A stretch of 61,359 bases of DNA from an uncultured Spirochaetales bacterium. GTDB taxonomy: Bacteria; Myxococcota_A; UBA9160; SMWR01. The stretch is taken from positions 1 through 61,359 of the forward strand of contig CAZYOL010000003.1 in assembly GCA_964649065.1 (NCBI GenBank), given 5' to 3'. This document shows positions 17,379-26,264 of this stretch, in pieces. A program made the translations under genes and the position numbers. Within the stretch, counting starts at the first letter, position 1. Every line of letters starts with the position of its first letter. The notes below the pieces were generated by a model. The model searched no databases and was not told where the DNA came from. It saw only the letters and a program-made list of their open reading frames with translations.

Positions 17379-18808
17379 GAGGCCCTCCCCTCTTCTCCAC
17401 TCTCCTGGATTCGCTTGGCGGCCATCCAACCTGAAGCTGCCACCGCGCACACCCCGGGACCCGGTGAGGTCCACTGGCCCGCGAGCCAGAGACCGTCGAG
17501 TGAGGTGTGCTGAGCGAAGCGGTCGTTGCCCGACTGGTCTGGGGTCACTGCCCAGCCATAGGCCACCCCCTCCTTGGAGAGCGTATAGCGCGCCAGCGTC
17601 CGTGGCGACGCCGCTTCCAGGAAGGTGAGATGATTTCCGATGCCCGGCACCCGGTCGTCCAGATAGCCGAGCACGGCCTCGGACATGCTGGCCTTCGAGT
17701 CCTGCCAGCTCGTGAAGGCCTCGGAGTCCGGCCGGACGCCGACCGTGGCGGACACGATCTGCTCGCCGTTCGGCGCCAGGCCCGGATCGACTTCCGTGGT
17801 GACCGAGAGGTAGATCCAGTCGATGGCCGGATGGTCCTCGGGGAAGTGATAGAAGCCCCGCACCAGCGGCGACAGGTCGACCTCCGGAGAGAAGGCCGCG
17901 TAGAAGCCATAGAAGGAGGGACCGGCCTTGAGCTCGCGGATGCGCTGGCGCTCCGGGGCACAGGCCGACTCGGGGAGCAGATCGAAGAAGAGCTGGCGGG
18001 CATCGATGGCGCTGATCACCGTGTCGGCGCGGATCGTCCGCCCCCCCTCGAGCCGAACCCCGGCGGCCCGGTTGCCCTCGATCAGGATCTCGCTGACGTG
18101 CTGGCGCAGGCAGACGTGACCGCCCGCTCGCTGCACCGCGTCCACCATCGCATTCGAGAAGGCCTGGGTGCTCCCCACCGGGTAGTAGGCGCCGTCCTTC
18201 AGGTAGTTCACGAGCATCTGGCACATCCCGACCGCCGAGATCTCCTCGGCGCGGGAGCCGAGGTAGCCCCACTGACCGGCGAGGACCTTCACGAGCCGCG
18301 GATCCTCGAAGTAGTCGGCCAGCATCTCGTGGTAGGTGGAGCCCCGGTAGCGATCGATCAGCTCGCCGCCGCGGCGCCGGTTCAACACCTGCCGGTAGAG
18401 GCGCACGAGGTCGGTGAAGAAGCGCGGAATCTGCTCCTTCTCGTCGGGGAAGCGCTGGGCCAGCTCGACCTGGTACTGCTCCAGCTCCGCCGGGATCTCC
18501 AGCTCGAGATCCGGGAAGATCAGGTGGTCCATCGGGTCGAGGCGCAGGAGCTTCACCTCCACCCCGAGCCGCGAGACCACCTGCCCGACGATGCCGAAGC
18601 GCCCGCATCCGCCGATGTGGTGGACGGCCGCATCGAAGACGTACTTCTTGCGCGGGAACGCGGTGCAGTAGCCGCCCGGCAGGTAGTGCTGGTCGAGCAC
18701 CAGGGTGCGGCCGCCGGCCTGGCTGAGAAAGCCGCCGCAGGTGAGCCCGCCGATGCCGGCTCCGATCACCACCTGGTCGTAACGATCCAGCAGCTCCGAT
18801 GCGCGCAT
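17375..18808 (-). CDS. Phytoene desaturase (CrtI)-family FAD-dependent oxidoreductase
   Basis: The FAD dinucleotide fold is VVIGAGIGGLTCGGFLSQAG. The block GGYCTAF..FD and the C-terminal GLWLAGQWTSPGPGV are typical of the CrtI / amine-oxidase family. I trimmed the start to ATG 18808. Confidence 0.8.
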   Translation of the reverse strand: MRASELLDRYDQVVIGAGIGGLTCGGFLSQAGGRTLVLDQHYLPGGYCTAFPRKKYVFDAAVHHIGGCGRFGIVGQVVSRLGVEVKLLRLDPMDHLIFPDLELEIPAELEQYQVELAQRFPDEKEQIPRFFTDLVRLYRQVLNRRRGGELIDRYRGSTYHEMLADYFEDPRLVKVLAGQWGYLGSRAEEISAVGMCQMLVNYLKDGAYYPVGSTQAFSNAMVDAVQRAGGHVCLRQHVSEILIEGNRAAGVRLEGGRTIRADTVISAIDARQLFFDLLPESACAPERQRIRELKAGPSFYGFYAAFSPEVDLSPLVRGFYHFPEDHPAIDWIYLSVTTEVDPGLAPNGEQIVSATVGVRPDSEAFTSWQDSKASMSEAVLGYLDDRVPGIGNHLTFLEAASPRTLARYTLSKEGVAYGWAVTPDQSGNDRFAQHTSLDGLWLAGQWTSPGPGVCAVAASGWMAAKRIQESGEEGRAS

Positions 18809-18816
18809 GGCCTGCT

Positions 18817-19983
18817 TCACGCCCGGGACACCACCACCGCGCCGCAGTGCCCGGCCTCGTCGCGAGCCGTCACCAGGACGTGGTCCACGGTCGTCTCCCG
18901 CGCCTCGCCGATCACCAGGTCGAGCCCGGCCGCGTCGGCGTCGACGTTCGCGAGCCCGGCCACGGGAGGAATCCGGTTGGAGAGAATCGAGCTCGTCGCG
19001 GAGACGACGCCGATGGCGCCGGAGGCCTCGAGACACTCGCGCGTCGCCGACTTGGGAGCGTTGACGGGCACGGCCCCCGCCGCCTCGCCGAGCAGCGCGC
19101 GAATCGCGGCCAACTCGATCGCATCACCGGACACGCTGCCGGAGGCCCCGGAGGAGATCAGCGAGAGATCCTCGGCGCGCAGCGACGCCTGCGCGAGGGC
19201 TCCGCGCATGGCGACGACCAGGCCCTCGTGGGGCGCCGTGGAGCCCTCGGGCGGAGCGAAGGAGGTGCAGGCGCCGGCGATCCAGGCCAGCGCGGGTGCG
19301 CCGCGCGTCTCGGCCGCCGACTCGTGCTCGAGCACCACGACCGCCGCCCCCTCTCCGAGCACGGCGCCGCGACGCTTGGCGCCGAAAGGCGCCTCGGCCT
19401 GGGCGGCGTCGCCCAGCAGGCCCGCGCGCTGGAAGCCCAGCTCGATCTCGCTCGAGTAGCCCAGGGCCGCCCCGCAGATCGCCGCGCGAATCTGACTGCC
19501 GCTCAGGGTGGCCAGGCTGTGGGCCAGGGCGTCCAGCGCCGAGGCGGAGCCGCTCGAGAGCGTCGAGTTGAGTCCGGTGACTCCGAGTCGAATGGCGAGG
19601 CGCCCCGCGGGCGCATTGATCACGGTATTCGCGAAGGACTGCGGATTCACGTAACGCGGCCCCTCGCGCAGGGCCTCCTGATCGAAGTCCGCGATCGACT
19701 GGATGCTCCCGTGGGTCTCGCCCACCACGATGCCGATCTCCTCGGGCTCGTACGCCCCCTCGGGGAGCTTGCTCGCGTCGATGGCTGCCGTGGCCGCGCT
19801 CGCCAGCAGCAGGGCGGTGCGGTCGAAGTGGCGGATGCCGCGCTCGCCGAGGTAGGCCCCCGGCTCGAAGTCGGACAGGGTCCCGGGCATGCCCACGCGC
19901 CCCTCGAGCATCGCCTCGAAGGCCACCTCGGGGCCCAGCCCGGCCGGGCAGAGCAGTCCGGCACCGGTGATCACCACCCTCAT
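18817..19983 (-). CDS. Ketosynthase-like partner subunit lacking the catalytic triad (chain-length-factor type)
   Basis: It has a thiolase-fold N-terminus, MRVVITGAGLL. The Cys position reads Ser (STLSSGSASALDAL versus PTACAAGNYAL), and the His positions are replaced (ACTSFAPP, SSGASGSVSGD). The ATG at 19983 overlaps the KS stop (ATGA). Confidence 0.75.
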   Translation of the reverse strand: MRVVITGAGLLCPAGLGPEVAFEAMLEGRVGMPGTLSDFEPGAYLGERGIRHFDRTALLLASAATAAIDASKLPEGAYEPEEIGIVVGETHGSIQSIADFDQEALREGPRYVNPQSFANTVINAPAGRLAIRLGVTGLNSTLSSGSASALDALAHSLATLSGSQIRAAICGAALGYSSEIELGFQRAGLLGDAAQAEAPFGAKRRGAVLGEGAAVVVLEHESAAETRGAPALAWIAGACTSFAPPEGSTAPHEGLVVAMRGALAQASLRAEDLSLISSGASGSVSGDAIELAAIRALLGEAAGAVPVNAPKSATRECLEASGAIGVVSATSSILSNRIPPVAGLANVDADAAGLDLVIGEARETTVDHVLVTARDEAGHCGAVVVSRA

Positions 19984-21191
19984 GCGTCGACGGCCCTCAG
20001 GACCAGGCAGCTGTTGTTCCCGCCGAAGGCGAAGGCGTTGTTGAGTGCCACGCGCACCGGGTGCTGCCGGGCCTCGTTGGGAACCATGTCCACCTCGCAC
20101 TCGGGATCCGCGTTCTCGTAGTGGATGGTGGGCGGGATCGCCCCGGTCTCGATCGCCAGGCAGCAGGCGATGGTCTCGATGGTGCTCGCCGCTCCCATGG
20201 TGTGACCGATCATCGACTTGATGGAGCTCATCGGCGCCTCCCCCCGGTCGTTGAAGAGGGCGCGCACCGCGGCGGACTCGATCTTGTCGTTGGCCTTGGT
20301 GCCGGTGCCGTGGGCGCTCACGTAGTCGACCTCGCCCGGGCTCACGCGGGCGGCCTTGAGCGCCCGGCGCATCGCCAGCTGGATCCCGCGGCCCTCGGGA
20401 TGGGGCATGGTCATGTGATGGGCGTCACAGGAGAAGCCCGCCCCGACGACCTCGGCGTAGATCCGCGCGCCGCGCCGCCGCGCCGAGCTCAGGGACTCCA
20501 CCACCACCATGCCCGCCCCCTCGCCGATCAGCAGGCCCTGACGCTCCCGGTCGAAGGGCCGGCAGTACTCCGGGGCGATGGCACCCAGACGGGCGAAGCC
20601 CGTGAAAGCCACCCTGGAGAGCGGATCGGAGCCGCCGGCCAGCACGACCTCGGTCTGGCCCGTGCCCACCCAGCCCCCGGCGATCGAGAGGGCGTAGTTG
20701 CCGGCGGCGCAGGCCGTCGGCACGACCACGTTGGGCCCGCAGAGATCGAAGGCCGACGCCACGCTCCCGGAGATCACGTGGCAGGGGTGCTTCAGGAACT
20801 CGCGCTCGGGCACGGCCTCCTGGCCGCGCTCGAGGCTGACGTCGTTCATGTGCTCGAGGACCTGGATCTCGCCGCCGGTGGTCCCCACTGCGACGCCGGC
20901 GTTGCGCGGCGGCCTGTCGAGGCCGGCGTCCGCCAGCGCCAGGCGCGCCGCCTCGATGGCCAGCAGGCTGGCCCGCCCCGGATCCCGATCGCCCGCCGGG
21001 CGGATCTCGCGTCCGAAGAGGGCATCGTCGTCCAGCTCGCAGGCGCGGTGCACCTTGAAGCCCGAGGTCTCGAAGCTCGAGACCTCGCTGGAGCCGTCCT
21101 GCCCCTCGAGCAGCGCCCGCCAGAAGTCGTCGCGACCCGCCCCGATGGACGTGATCGGACCGAGCCCCGTGATGACCGCGCGCTCTGCCAT
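19980..21191 (-). CDS. Beta-ketoacyl-ACP synthase II-like (active KS)
   Basis: Catalytic motifs are intact: TACAAGNYAL (Cys), SCDAHH, SAHGTGTKAND, GHTMGAAS, FGGNN. Confidence 0.9.
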   Translation of the reverse strand: MAERAVITGLGPITSIGAGRDDFWRALLEGQDGSSEVSSFETSGFKVHRACELDDDALFGREIRPAGDRDPGRASLLAIEAARLALADAGLDRPPRNAGVAVGTTGGEIQVLEHMNDVSLERGQEAVPEREFLKHPCHVISGSVASAFDLCGPNVVVPTACAAGNYALSIAGGWVGTGQTEVVLAGGSDPLSRVAFTGFARLGAIAPEYCRPFDRERQGLLIGEGAGMVVVESLSSARRRGARIYAEVVGAGFSCDAHHMTMPHPEGRGIQLAMRRALKAARVSPGEVDYVSAHGTGTKANDKIESAAVRALFNDRGEAPMSSIKSMIGHTMGAASTIETIACCLAIETGAIPPTIHYENADPECEVDMVPNEARQHPVRVALNNAFAFGGNNSCLVLRAVDA

Positions 21192-21703
21192 CAGGAGCCG
21201 TTCCCCGACGACTGCGCCGCGGACAGGGTCGCGTCGCGTTGGATCGCCGCGCGGTCGACGCGCGCGAAGGTCAGCCCGGCCTTCAACACGACTCGGCCGT
21301 CCACTTCACCGCGAGCCTTGACCATGGCGGCCTTCGAGTAGATCCGCTCGACGTCGACGAAGATGCGCAGGGCATCGCCCGGCACGACGGGGTGCAGGAA
21401 GTGCGAGCGCGAGCGCCCGACCACGAAGACCTGGTCGGGCTCCGCCGAGAGCATCGACTCCCCGGTATCACTCATTCGGAAGAGCAGGATAGAGGCCTGC
21501 GCGCAGGCCTCCATCATCAGCGCACCCGGCATGATCGCGATCTCCGGGAAGTGCCCCGCGAAGTAGGGCTCGTTGCCGCTGACGTTCTTCAGACACTCGA
21601 TCGACTCGAAAGGAACGACGTCGATCACCCGGTCGATGAAGACGAACGGGTAGGTCTGCGGCAGCAGCCGACGGAGCGTGTCGAAGTCGAGGCCGGTCGA
21701 CAC
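21191..21703 (-). CDS. fabZ: 3-Hydroxyacyl-ACP dehydratase
   Basis: The FabZ signature is LLPQTYPFVFIDRV ... NEPYFAGHFPE..IMPGALMMEACAQ. It uses a GTG start. Confidence 0.85.
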   Translation of the reverse strand: MSTGLDFDTLRRLLPQTYPFVFIDRVIDVVPFESIECLKNVSGNEPYFAGHFPEIAIMPGALMMEACAQASILLFRMSDTGESMLSAEPDQVFVVGRSRSHFLHPVVPGDALRIFVDVERIYSKAAMVKARGEVDGRVVLKAGLTFARVDRAAIQRDATLSAAQSSGNGS

Positions 21704-21710
21704 GAACGTT

Positions 21711-21968
21711 CTAGGCGGCGGCGTTCTTTTCCAGCTCGCGCCGGACCAGTGCGATCGTGGCTGTGAGCGACGTCACATCCAGGAGCTCTTCCTCCTCGAT
21801 CTCGATCCGGTACTTCTTCTCGATGCTCGCCACGATCTCGAGGGCCAGCATCGAGTCGATCTCGAGCTCGTCCATGAAGTGCTTCTCGCGCTGCTCCCAG
21901 AGCTCCTTCTCGTCGATCTCGGTCACCTCGGCCACGATGGCGGTGATTTCTTCCTCGAGCTGGCTCAT
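21711..21968 (-). CDS. Acyl carrier protein (dedicated)
   Basis: This is an 85-aa acidic protein with the phosphopantetheine-attachment motif ELEIDSMLALEI. It is the first gene of the minus-strand operon. I trimmed the start to ATG 21968. Confidence 0.85.
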   Translation of the reverse strand: MSQLEEEITAIVAEVTEIDEKELWEQREKHFMDELEIDSMLALEIVASIEKKYRIEIEEEELLDVTSLTATIALVRRELEKNAAA

Positions 21969-22235
21969 GCCTCTCCTTTCAAGGCTACGCGGTCCACACC
22001 TGCACGGGTCCCAATGGACGTGAGCGTGTGGTGACCCCCCAAGGTCGTTCGCGCGCCTAACTTCGCGTTCGGTACCCGCGGCGTCAAGCCCTGTGCCGCC
22101 CGACGCACGGATGCGGACGATACACAAGACGAGCGTTCTGCCAAAGAGCGGTGTGGGGCTTTTCCTTCACTTTTTGCGCTTCCCCCGGGCGCACCCCGCC
22201 CCGCGGCGGGGTATCCTGCCGCGCCAGCGCGAGCC
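21969..22235. promoter_or_regulatory. Divergent intergenic region between the ACP operon and the crotonase/rSAM operon
   Basis: This 267-bp gap separates the divergent first genes. It contains the only comparatively A/T-rich stretch nearby (22159-22182, cttttccttcactttttgcgcttc) and the inverted repeat CCCCGCC-n4-GGCGGGG (22194-22211). No -35/-10 boxes could be assigned with confidence. Confidence 0.3.
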
Positions 22236-23069
22236 ATGGAAACCTCCTTCTTCGACGTCGACACCAAGGACCAGATCGCCCATGTCCGCATGGCGCGCCC
22301 CAAGCGCTTCAATGCGCTGGACGCCGATTTCTGGCGGGAGCTGCCGGCGCTGCTCGGCGAGCTGGACGCGAGCGGCGACGTGCGGGCCATCGTCCTCTCC
22401 TCCACGGGCCGACACTTCAGTGCGGGAATGGACAACGAGATGCTCGCCTCGCTCGGGCCCGACCCGTCGGGAAGCGAGTCCGATGCGCGCGCAAACGTGC
22501 GCGCGCGCGCCACGCAGCTCCAAGAGGTCTTCAACGCCCTCGAGGAAGTCCGCATGCCGGTGATCGCCGTGATCCAGGGCGGCTGCGTGGGCGGCGCGCT
22601 CGACATGGTGGTGGCCTGCGACATCCGTTACTCGACGGCCAATGCCTTCTTCTGCATCGGCGAGATCAACCACGCGATCACCGCAGACCTCGGCACGCTG
22701 CAGCGATTGCCGAAGCTGATCCCGCCGGGCGTGGTGCGCGAGCTGGCCTTCACGGGCCGCCGTCTCCCGGCGGAGAGCGCCCTCCGCCTCGGCCTGGTGA
22801 ACGAGGTCTTCGAGGGCCCCGAGGCGGCCCTGGAGGCCGCCCTGCAGACCGCTCGCGAGATCGCCGCCCAGGCTCCGGCGGCGATCTGGGGCACGAAGGT
22901 GGCCCTCAACTACGCGCGCGATCACTCCGTGGCCGACTCCCTCGACCAGGTCGCCACGTGGCAGTCCGGCATGTTCCGTCCGGGGGACGTGGGCGAGGCG
23001 ATGCTCGCCCGGCGCAAGCGCCGCCCCCCGAGCTTCGAGAATCTACCGCCCAGGCCCCGTCGGCCTTGA
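22236..23069 (+). CDS. Enoyl-CoA hydratase/isomerase (crotonase) family protein, dienoyl-CoA isomerase-like
   Basis: The crotonase fold is indicated by ARPKRFNALD, HFSAGMD, VIAVIQGGCVGGALDMVVACDIRY and FTGRRLPAESALRLGLVNEVF. Confidence 0.85.
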   Translation: METSFFDVDTKDQIAHVRMARPKRFNALDADFWRELPALLGELDASGDVRAIVLSSTGRHFSAGMDNEMLASLGPDPSGSESDARANVRARATQLQEVFNALEEVRMPVIAVIQGGCVGGALDMVVACDIRYSTANAFFCIGEINHAITADLGTLQRLPKLIPPGVVRELAFTGRRLPAESALRLGLVNEVFEGPEAALEAALQTAREIAAQAPAAIWGTKVALNYARDHSVADSLDQVATWQSGMFRPGDVGEAMLARRKRRPPSFENLPPRPRRP

Positions 23070-23136
23070 AAGGCGGGCAGATGGCCTATGGTGGGGGCCG
23101 ATGGAACGAGCGCCTGCGGCGCTCAGGGGGGAAGTG

Positions 23137-24693
23137 ATGCGGATCTACCTGATCAACCCCGCGATGCAGAACTGCTTCTATAGCCTGTCTGAATCGGCGG
23201 AGATCACCGACAAGCCGGGCTTCATCCCGAATCTGGCGCTGCCGACCCTGGCCGCGCTCACGCCCGACGACATCGAGGTCGAGGTCTGCGACGAGACCGT
23301 CGAGCCGGTGGATCTGGACAAGTCCTGCGATCTGGTGGGCATCACGGGCTACGTCTCCCAGGCCAAGCGCATGTTCGAGCTGGCGCGCGCCTTCCGCGAG
23401 CGCGGCAAGCTGGTGGCCATCGGCGGCCCCTACGCCTCCCTCAGCCCCAGCCGCTGCCGTCCCTACGCCGACATCCTCTTCACCGGGGAGGCCGAGCGCA
23501 CCTGGCCGGCCTTCCTGGAGGACTTCCGGAGGGGCGACTATCGCGACAGCTACCACGAGAGCGAGAAGCCCGACCTGGCCAGCTCTCCCGCCCCCGACAT
23601 CGACGTGCTGAAGAAGGGCGCCTACATCAGCGGCGTCATCCAGACGAGCCGCGGCTGCCCCTTCGAGTGCGAGTTCTGCGACGTCATCGTCTACCTGGGC
23701 CGCAAGATGCGACACAAGCCGGTGGAGCACATCCTGGCGGAGGCCGACGCCCTCTACGCCCGGGGCTACCGCTCGATCTTCCTCTCCGACGACAACTTCA
23801 CCGCCAATCGCAAGAAGGCCAAGGCGATCCTGCTGGCCCTGCGCGAGTGGAACGGGGCCAAGGGAGACGATCCGGTGCTCTTCAGCACACAGCTCTCGAT
23901 CGATTCCGCGCGTGACGAGGAGCTGCTCTCGCTGTGCGCCGAGGCCGGCCTGCGCGTGGCCTTCATCGGCATCGAGACGCCCAACAAGGACTCGCTCACC
24001 GAGGTCCGCAAGCGCCAGAACGTGGCCAGCGATCTCCTGCAGGACATCCGGACGATCCAGGGCCACGGCCTGGCGGTGCTGGCGGGCATGATCGTCGGCT
24101 TCGACCACGACACCCCGGACGTCTTCCGCGAGCAGTTCGACTTCCTGCAGGCCTCCAGCATGCCGATCTGCGCGCCGGGCATGCTGAACGCGCCGGAGGG
24201 CACCCCCCTGGAGGCGCGGCTCAAGGCCGAAGGCCGCCTGGTCACCAGCCGCGAGGACTTCTACGTCGAGACCAACATCATCCCCAAGCAGATCAGCCCG
24301 GAGCAGCTGCGCCACGGCCTGCGCTGGCTGCTGAACCGCCTCTACCACCCCGAGCACTTCGTGCAGCGCGTGCTCGACGTCTGCGAGGTCTGGCCCGAGG
24401 GGGGCAACGTCTACCTCGGCGTGGGCTCGGCCGAGGCCATGAAGCTCTTCCTGGGCATCCGGCGGGCCTACCAGCAGATGGGGCCCGAATTCGAATCGAT
24501 TCCGGACCGCTGCTTCGCGGCCAGCCGCAAGGCCTCGGCGCTGGGGGGCGTGGGCTGGTTCCTGCTCCAGTACAAGCACATCGTCACGGTCATGAAGCAA
24601 ACGGGGCAATGGGACCCGGAACTCGCAGAACGCAGCGAGCCCTTCGAGCCCGTGGCGATGGAGCCGGCTCGGACGGCGGGAGGGGTGGCCTGA
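23137..24693 (+). CDS. B12-binding-domain radical SAM enzyme, family B (long C-terminal extension), copy 1
   Basis: It has DLVGITGYVSQAKRMF..LVAIGGPYAS (B12-type domain) and SRGCPFECEFCDV (CxxxCxxC). I trimmed the start to ATG 23137 (MRIYLINP), preceded by GGGGGGAAG. Confidence 0.85.
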   Translation: MRIYLINPAMQNCFYSLSESAEITDKPGFIPNLALPTLAALTPDDIEVEVCDETVEPVDLDKSCDLVGITGYVSQAKRMFELARAFRERGKLVAIGGPYASLSPSRCRPYADILFTGEAERTWPAFLEDFRRGDYRDSYHESEKPDLASSPAPDIDVLKKGAYISGVIQTSRGCPFECEFCDVIVYLGRKMRHKPVEHILAEADALYARGYRSIFLSDDNFTANRKKAKAILLALREWNGAKGDDPVLFSTQLSIDSARDEELLSLCAEAGLRVAFIGIETPNKDSLTEVRKRQNVASDLLQDIRTIQGHGLAVLAGMIVGFDHDTPDVFREQFDFLQASSMPICAPGMLNAPEGTPLEARLKAEGRLVTSREDFYVETNIIPKQISPEQLRHGLRWLLNRLYHPEHFVQRVLDVCEVWPEGGNVYLGVGSAEAMKLFLGIRRAYQQMGPEFESIPDRCFAASRKASALGGVGWFLLQYKHIVTVMKQTGQWDPELAERSEPFEPVAMEPARTAGGVA

Positions 24694-26264
24694 TGCGCAT
24701 CTACCTCGTGAATCCCCCGATGCAGAGCAACCACATCCACGCCACCTTCTACAGCCAGACCGAGGCGGTGGACATCACGGGCAATCCGGGATTCATCCCG
24801 AACCTGGCCCTGCCGACCCTCGCCGCGCTCACACCCGACGACATCGAGGTCGAGATCTGCGACGAGACCGTGAGCCGGGTGGACTTCGACAAGGACTGCG
24901 ACCTGGTCGGCATCACCGGCTACGTGACCCAGGCCCGGCGCATGTTCGAGCTGGCCGACGAGTTCCGCAGGCGCGGGAAGCTGGTGGCGATCGGCGGCCC
25001 CTTCGCCACGCTGAGCCCGCAGCGCTGCCGGCCCCACGCGGACGTGCTCTTCACGGGCGAGGTGGAGAGCACCTGGCCGGTCTTCCTCGAGGACTTCCGC
25101 AAGGGCAGCCACCAGGACGCCTACGACGAGCCCGGCTCCGCCGACATCCAGGCCTCGCCGGTGCCGCGCATGGACCTGCTGCAGAACCACCTCTACACGA
25201 GCGGCGTGATGCAGACGAGCCGCGGCTGCCCCTTCGAGTGCGAGTTCTGCGACGTGATCGTCTACCTGGGGCGACGCATCCGCTACAAGACCACCGAGCA
25301 GGTGCTGAAGGAGGCCGATTCGCTCTACCGCCTCGGCTACCGCGGCGTCTTCATCTCCGACGACAACTTCACGGCGAACCGCAAGAAGGCCATCGAGATC
25401 CTCCAGGCCCTCCGGGACTGGAACAAGAGCAAGCACCCGCGACCGGTCATCTTCGGCACCCAGCTCTCGATCGACATCGCACGCAGCCCGGAGATCCTCG
25501 ATCTCTGCGCCGACGCCGGCCTGCGCATCGCCTTCGTCGGCATCGAGACGCCGAACAAGGAGGCGCTCAAGGAGGTCAAGAAGCGCCAGAACATGGCCAG
25601 CGACCTCGTGAACGACCTCCACGAGCTGATGCGCCACGGCATCCTGCCGATGGCGGGCGTGATCGTCGGCTTCGACCACGACACCCCGGACGTCTTCCGC
25701 GAGCAGTTCGAGTTCCTGCAGGAGGCGGGCCCGCCCATCTGCGGCACCGGCATGCTGAACGCGCCGGAGGGCACCCCCCTGGAGGCGCGGCTCAAGGCCG
25801 AGGGGCGCCTGGTGGCCGTGCGCGACGACTTCTACGTCGAGACCAACATCATCCCCAAGCAGATGTCCGTCGAGCAGCTCTCGCACGGCCACCGCTGGCT
25901 GCTCAATCGCCTCTACCGCCCCGCGCACTTCCTGGATCGGGTGCGGACGGTCTGCGCCCACTGGCCCCAGGGCGGGGCCGCGCACCTGGGAACGACCCTG
26001 GAAGAGGCGATCACCATCCGCGAGGGGCTGCTCAAGGCCTACGCGAGCCTGGGCCCGGAGTTCCGCGATCTTCCGGACCGCTGCTTCCAGGCCGTGCGCA
26101 GGCGCCGGGTGCCCACGGCCTTCGCCGTGATCGGACAGGCGCTCATCCAGTACAAGCACGTCGTGGCGCTGACGATGAAGGCGGGCTGGTGGGACCCGGA
26201 TCTGGCCGCCAGCGAGGATCCCTGGGAGAGCTTCGACACGGCGCGCCGCTCGGCCGGTGCCTGA
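24693..26264 (+). CDS. B12-binding-domain radical SAM enzyme, family B, copy 2
   Basis: It is a tandem paralog of the previous gene, sharing runs such as GFIPNLALPTLAALTPDDIEVE, SRGCPFECEFCDVIVYLGR, GFDHDTPDVFREQF and FYVETNIIPKQ. Its ATG overlaps the preceding stop (TGATG). Confidence 0.85.
   Translation: MRIYLVNPPMQSNHIHATFYSQTEAVDITGNPGFIPNLALPTLAALTPDDIEVEICDETVSRVDFDKDCDLVGITGYVTQARRMFELADEFRRRGKLVAIGGPFATLSPQRCRPHADVLFTGEVESTWPVFLEDFRKGSHQDAYDEPGSADIQASPVPRMDLLQNHLYTSGVMQTSRGCPFECEFCDVIVYLGRRIRYKTTEQVLKEADSLYRLGYRGVFISDDNFTANRKKAIEILQALRDWNKSKHPRPVIFGTQLSIDIARSPEILDLCADAGLRIAFVGIETPNKEALKEVKKRQNMASDLVNDLHELMRHGILPMAGVIVGFDHDTPDVFREQFEFLQEAGPPICGTGMLNAPEGTPLEARLKAEGRLVAVRDDFYVETNIIPKQMSVEQLSHGHRWLLNRLYRPAHFLDRVRTVCAHWPQGGAAHLGTTLEEAITIREGLLKAYASLGPEFRDLPDRCFQAVRRRRVPTAFAVIGQALIQYKHVVALTMKAGWWDPDLAASEDPWESFDTARRSAGA

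Noticed and set aside
10697-18608. Supplied ORFs 10697..12016, 11590..12804, 12333..14471, 15948..18608, 17375..19036 and 18817..20100, which would give much longer proteins.
   Set aside because: The N-terminal extensions overlap the upstream, well-supported gene in another frame and read as Arg/Gly/Pro-rich filler. Internal starts sit exactly at start/stop overlaps with the upstream gene, and the resulting N-termini match family expectations.
21969-22235. A cobalamin riboswitch controlling the B12-radical SAM operons. The short leader of the TonB-dependent receptor (36056-36106) was also checked.
   Set aside because: I could not find a B12-box-like consensus or the extended conserved helices by eye, and the receptor leader is only about 50 nt. 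A covariance-model scan (Rfam RF00174) would be needed to exclude it formally.
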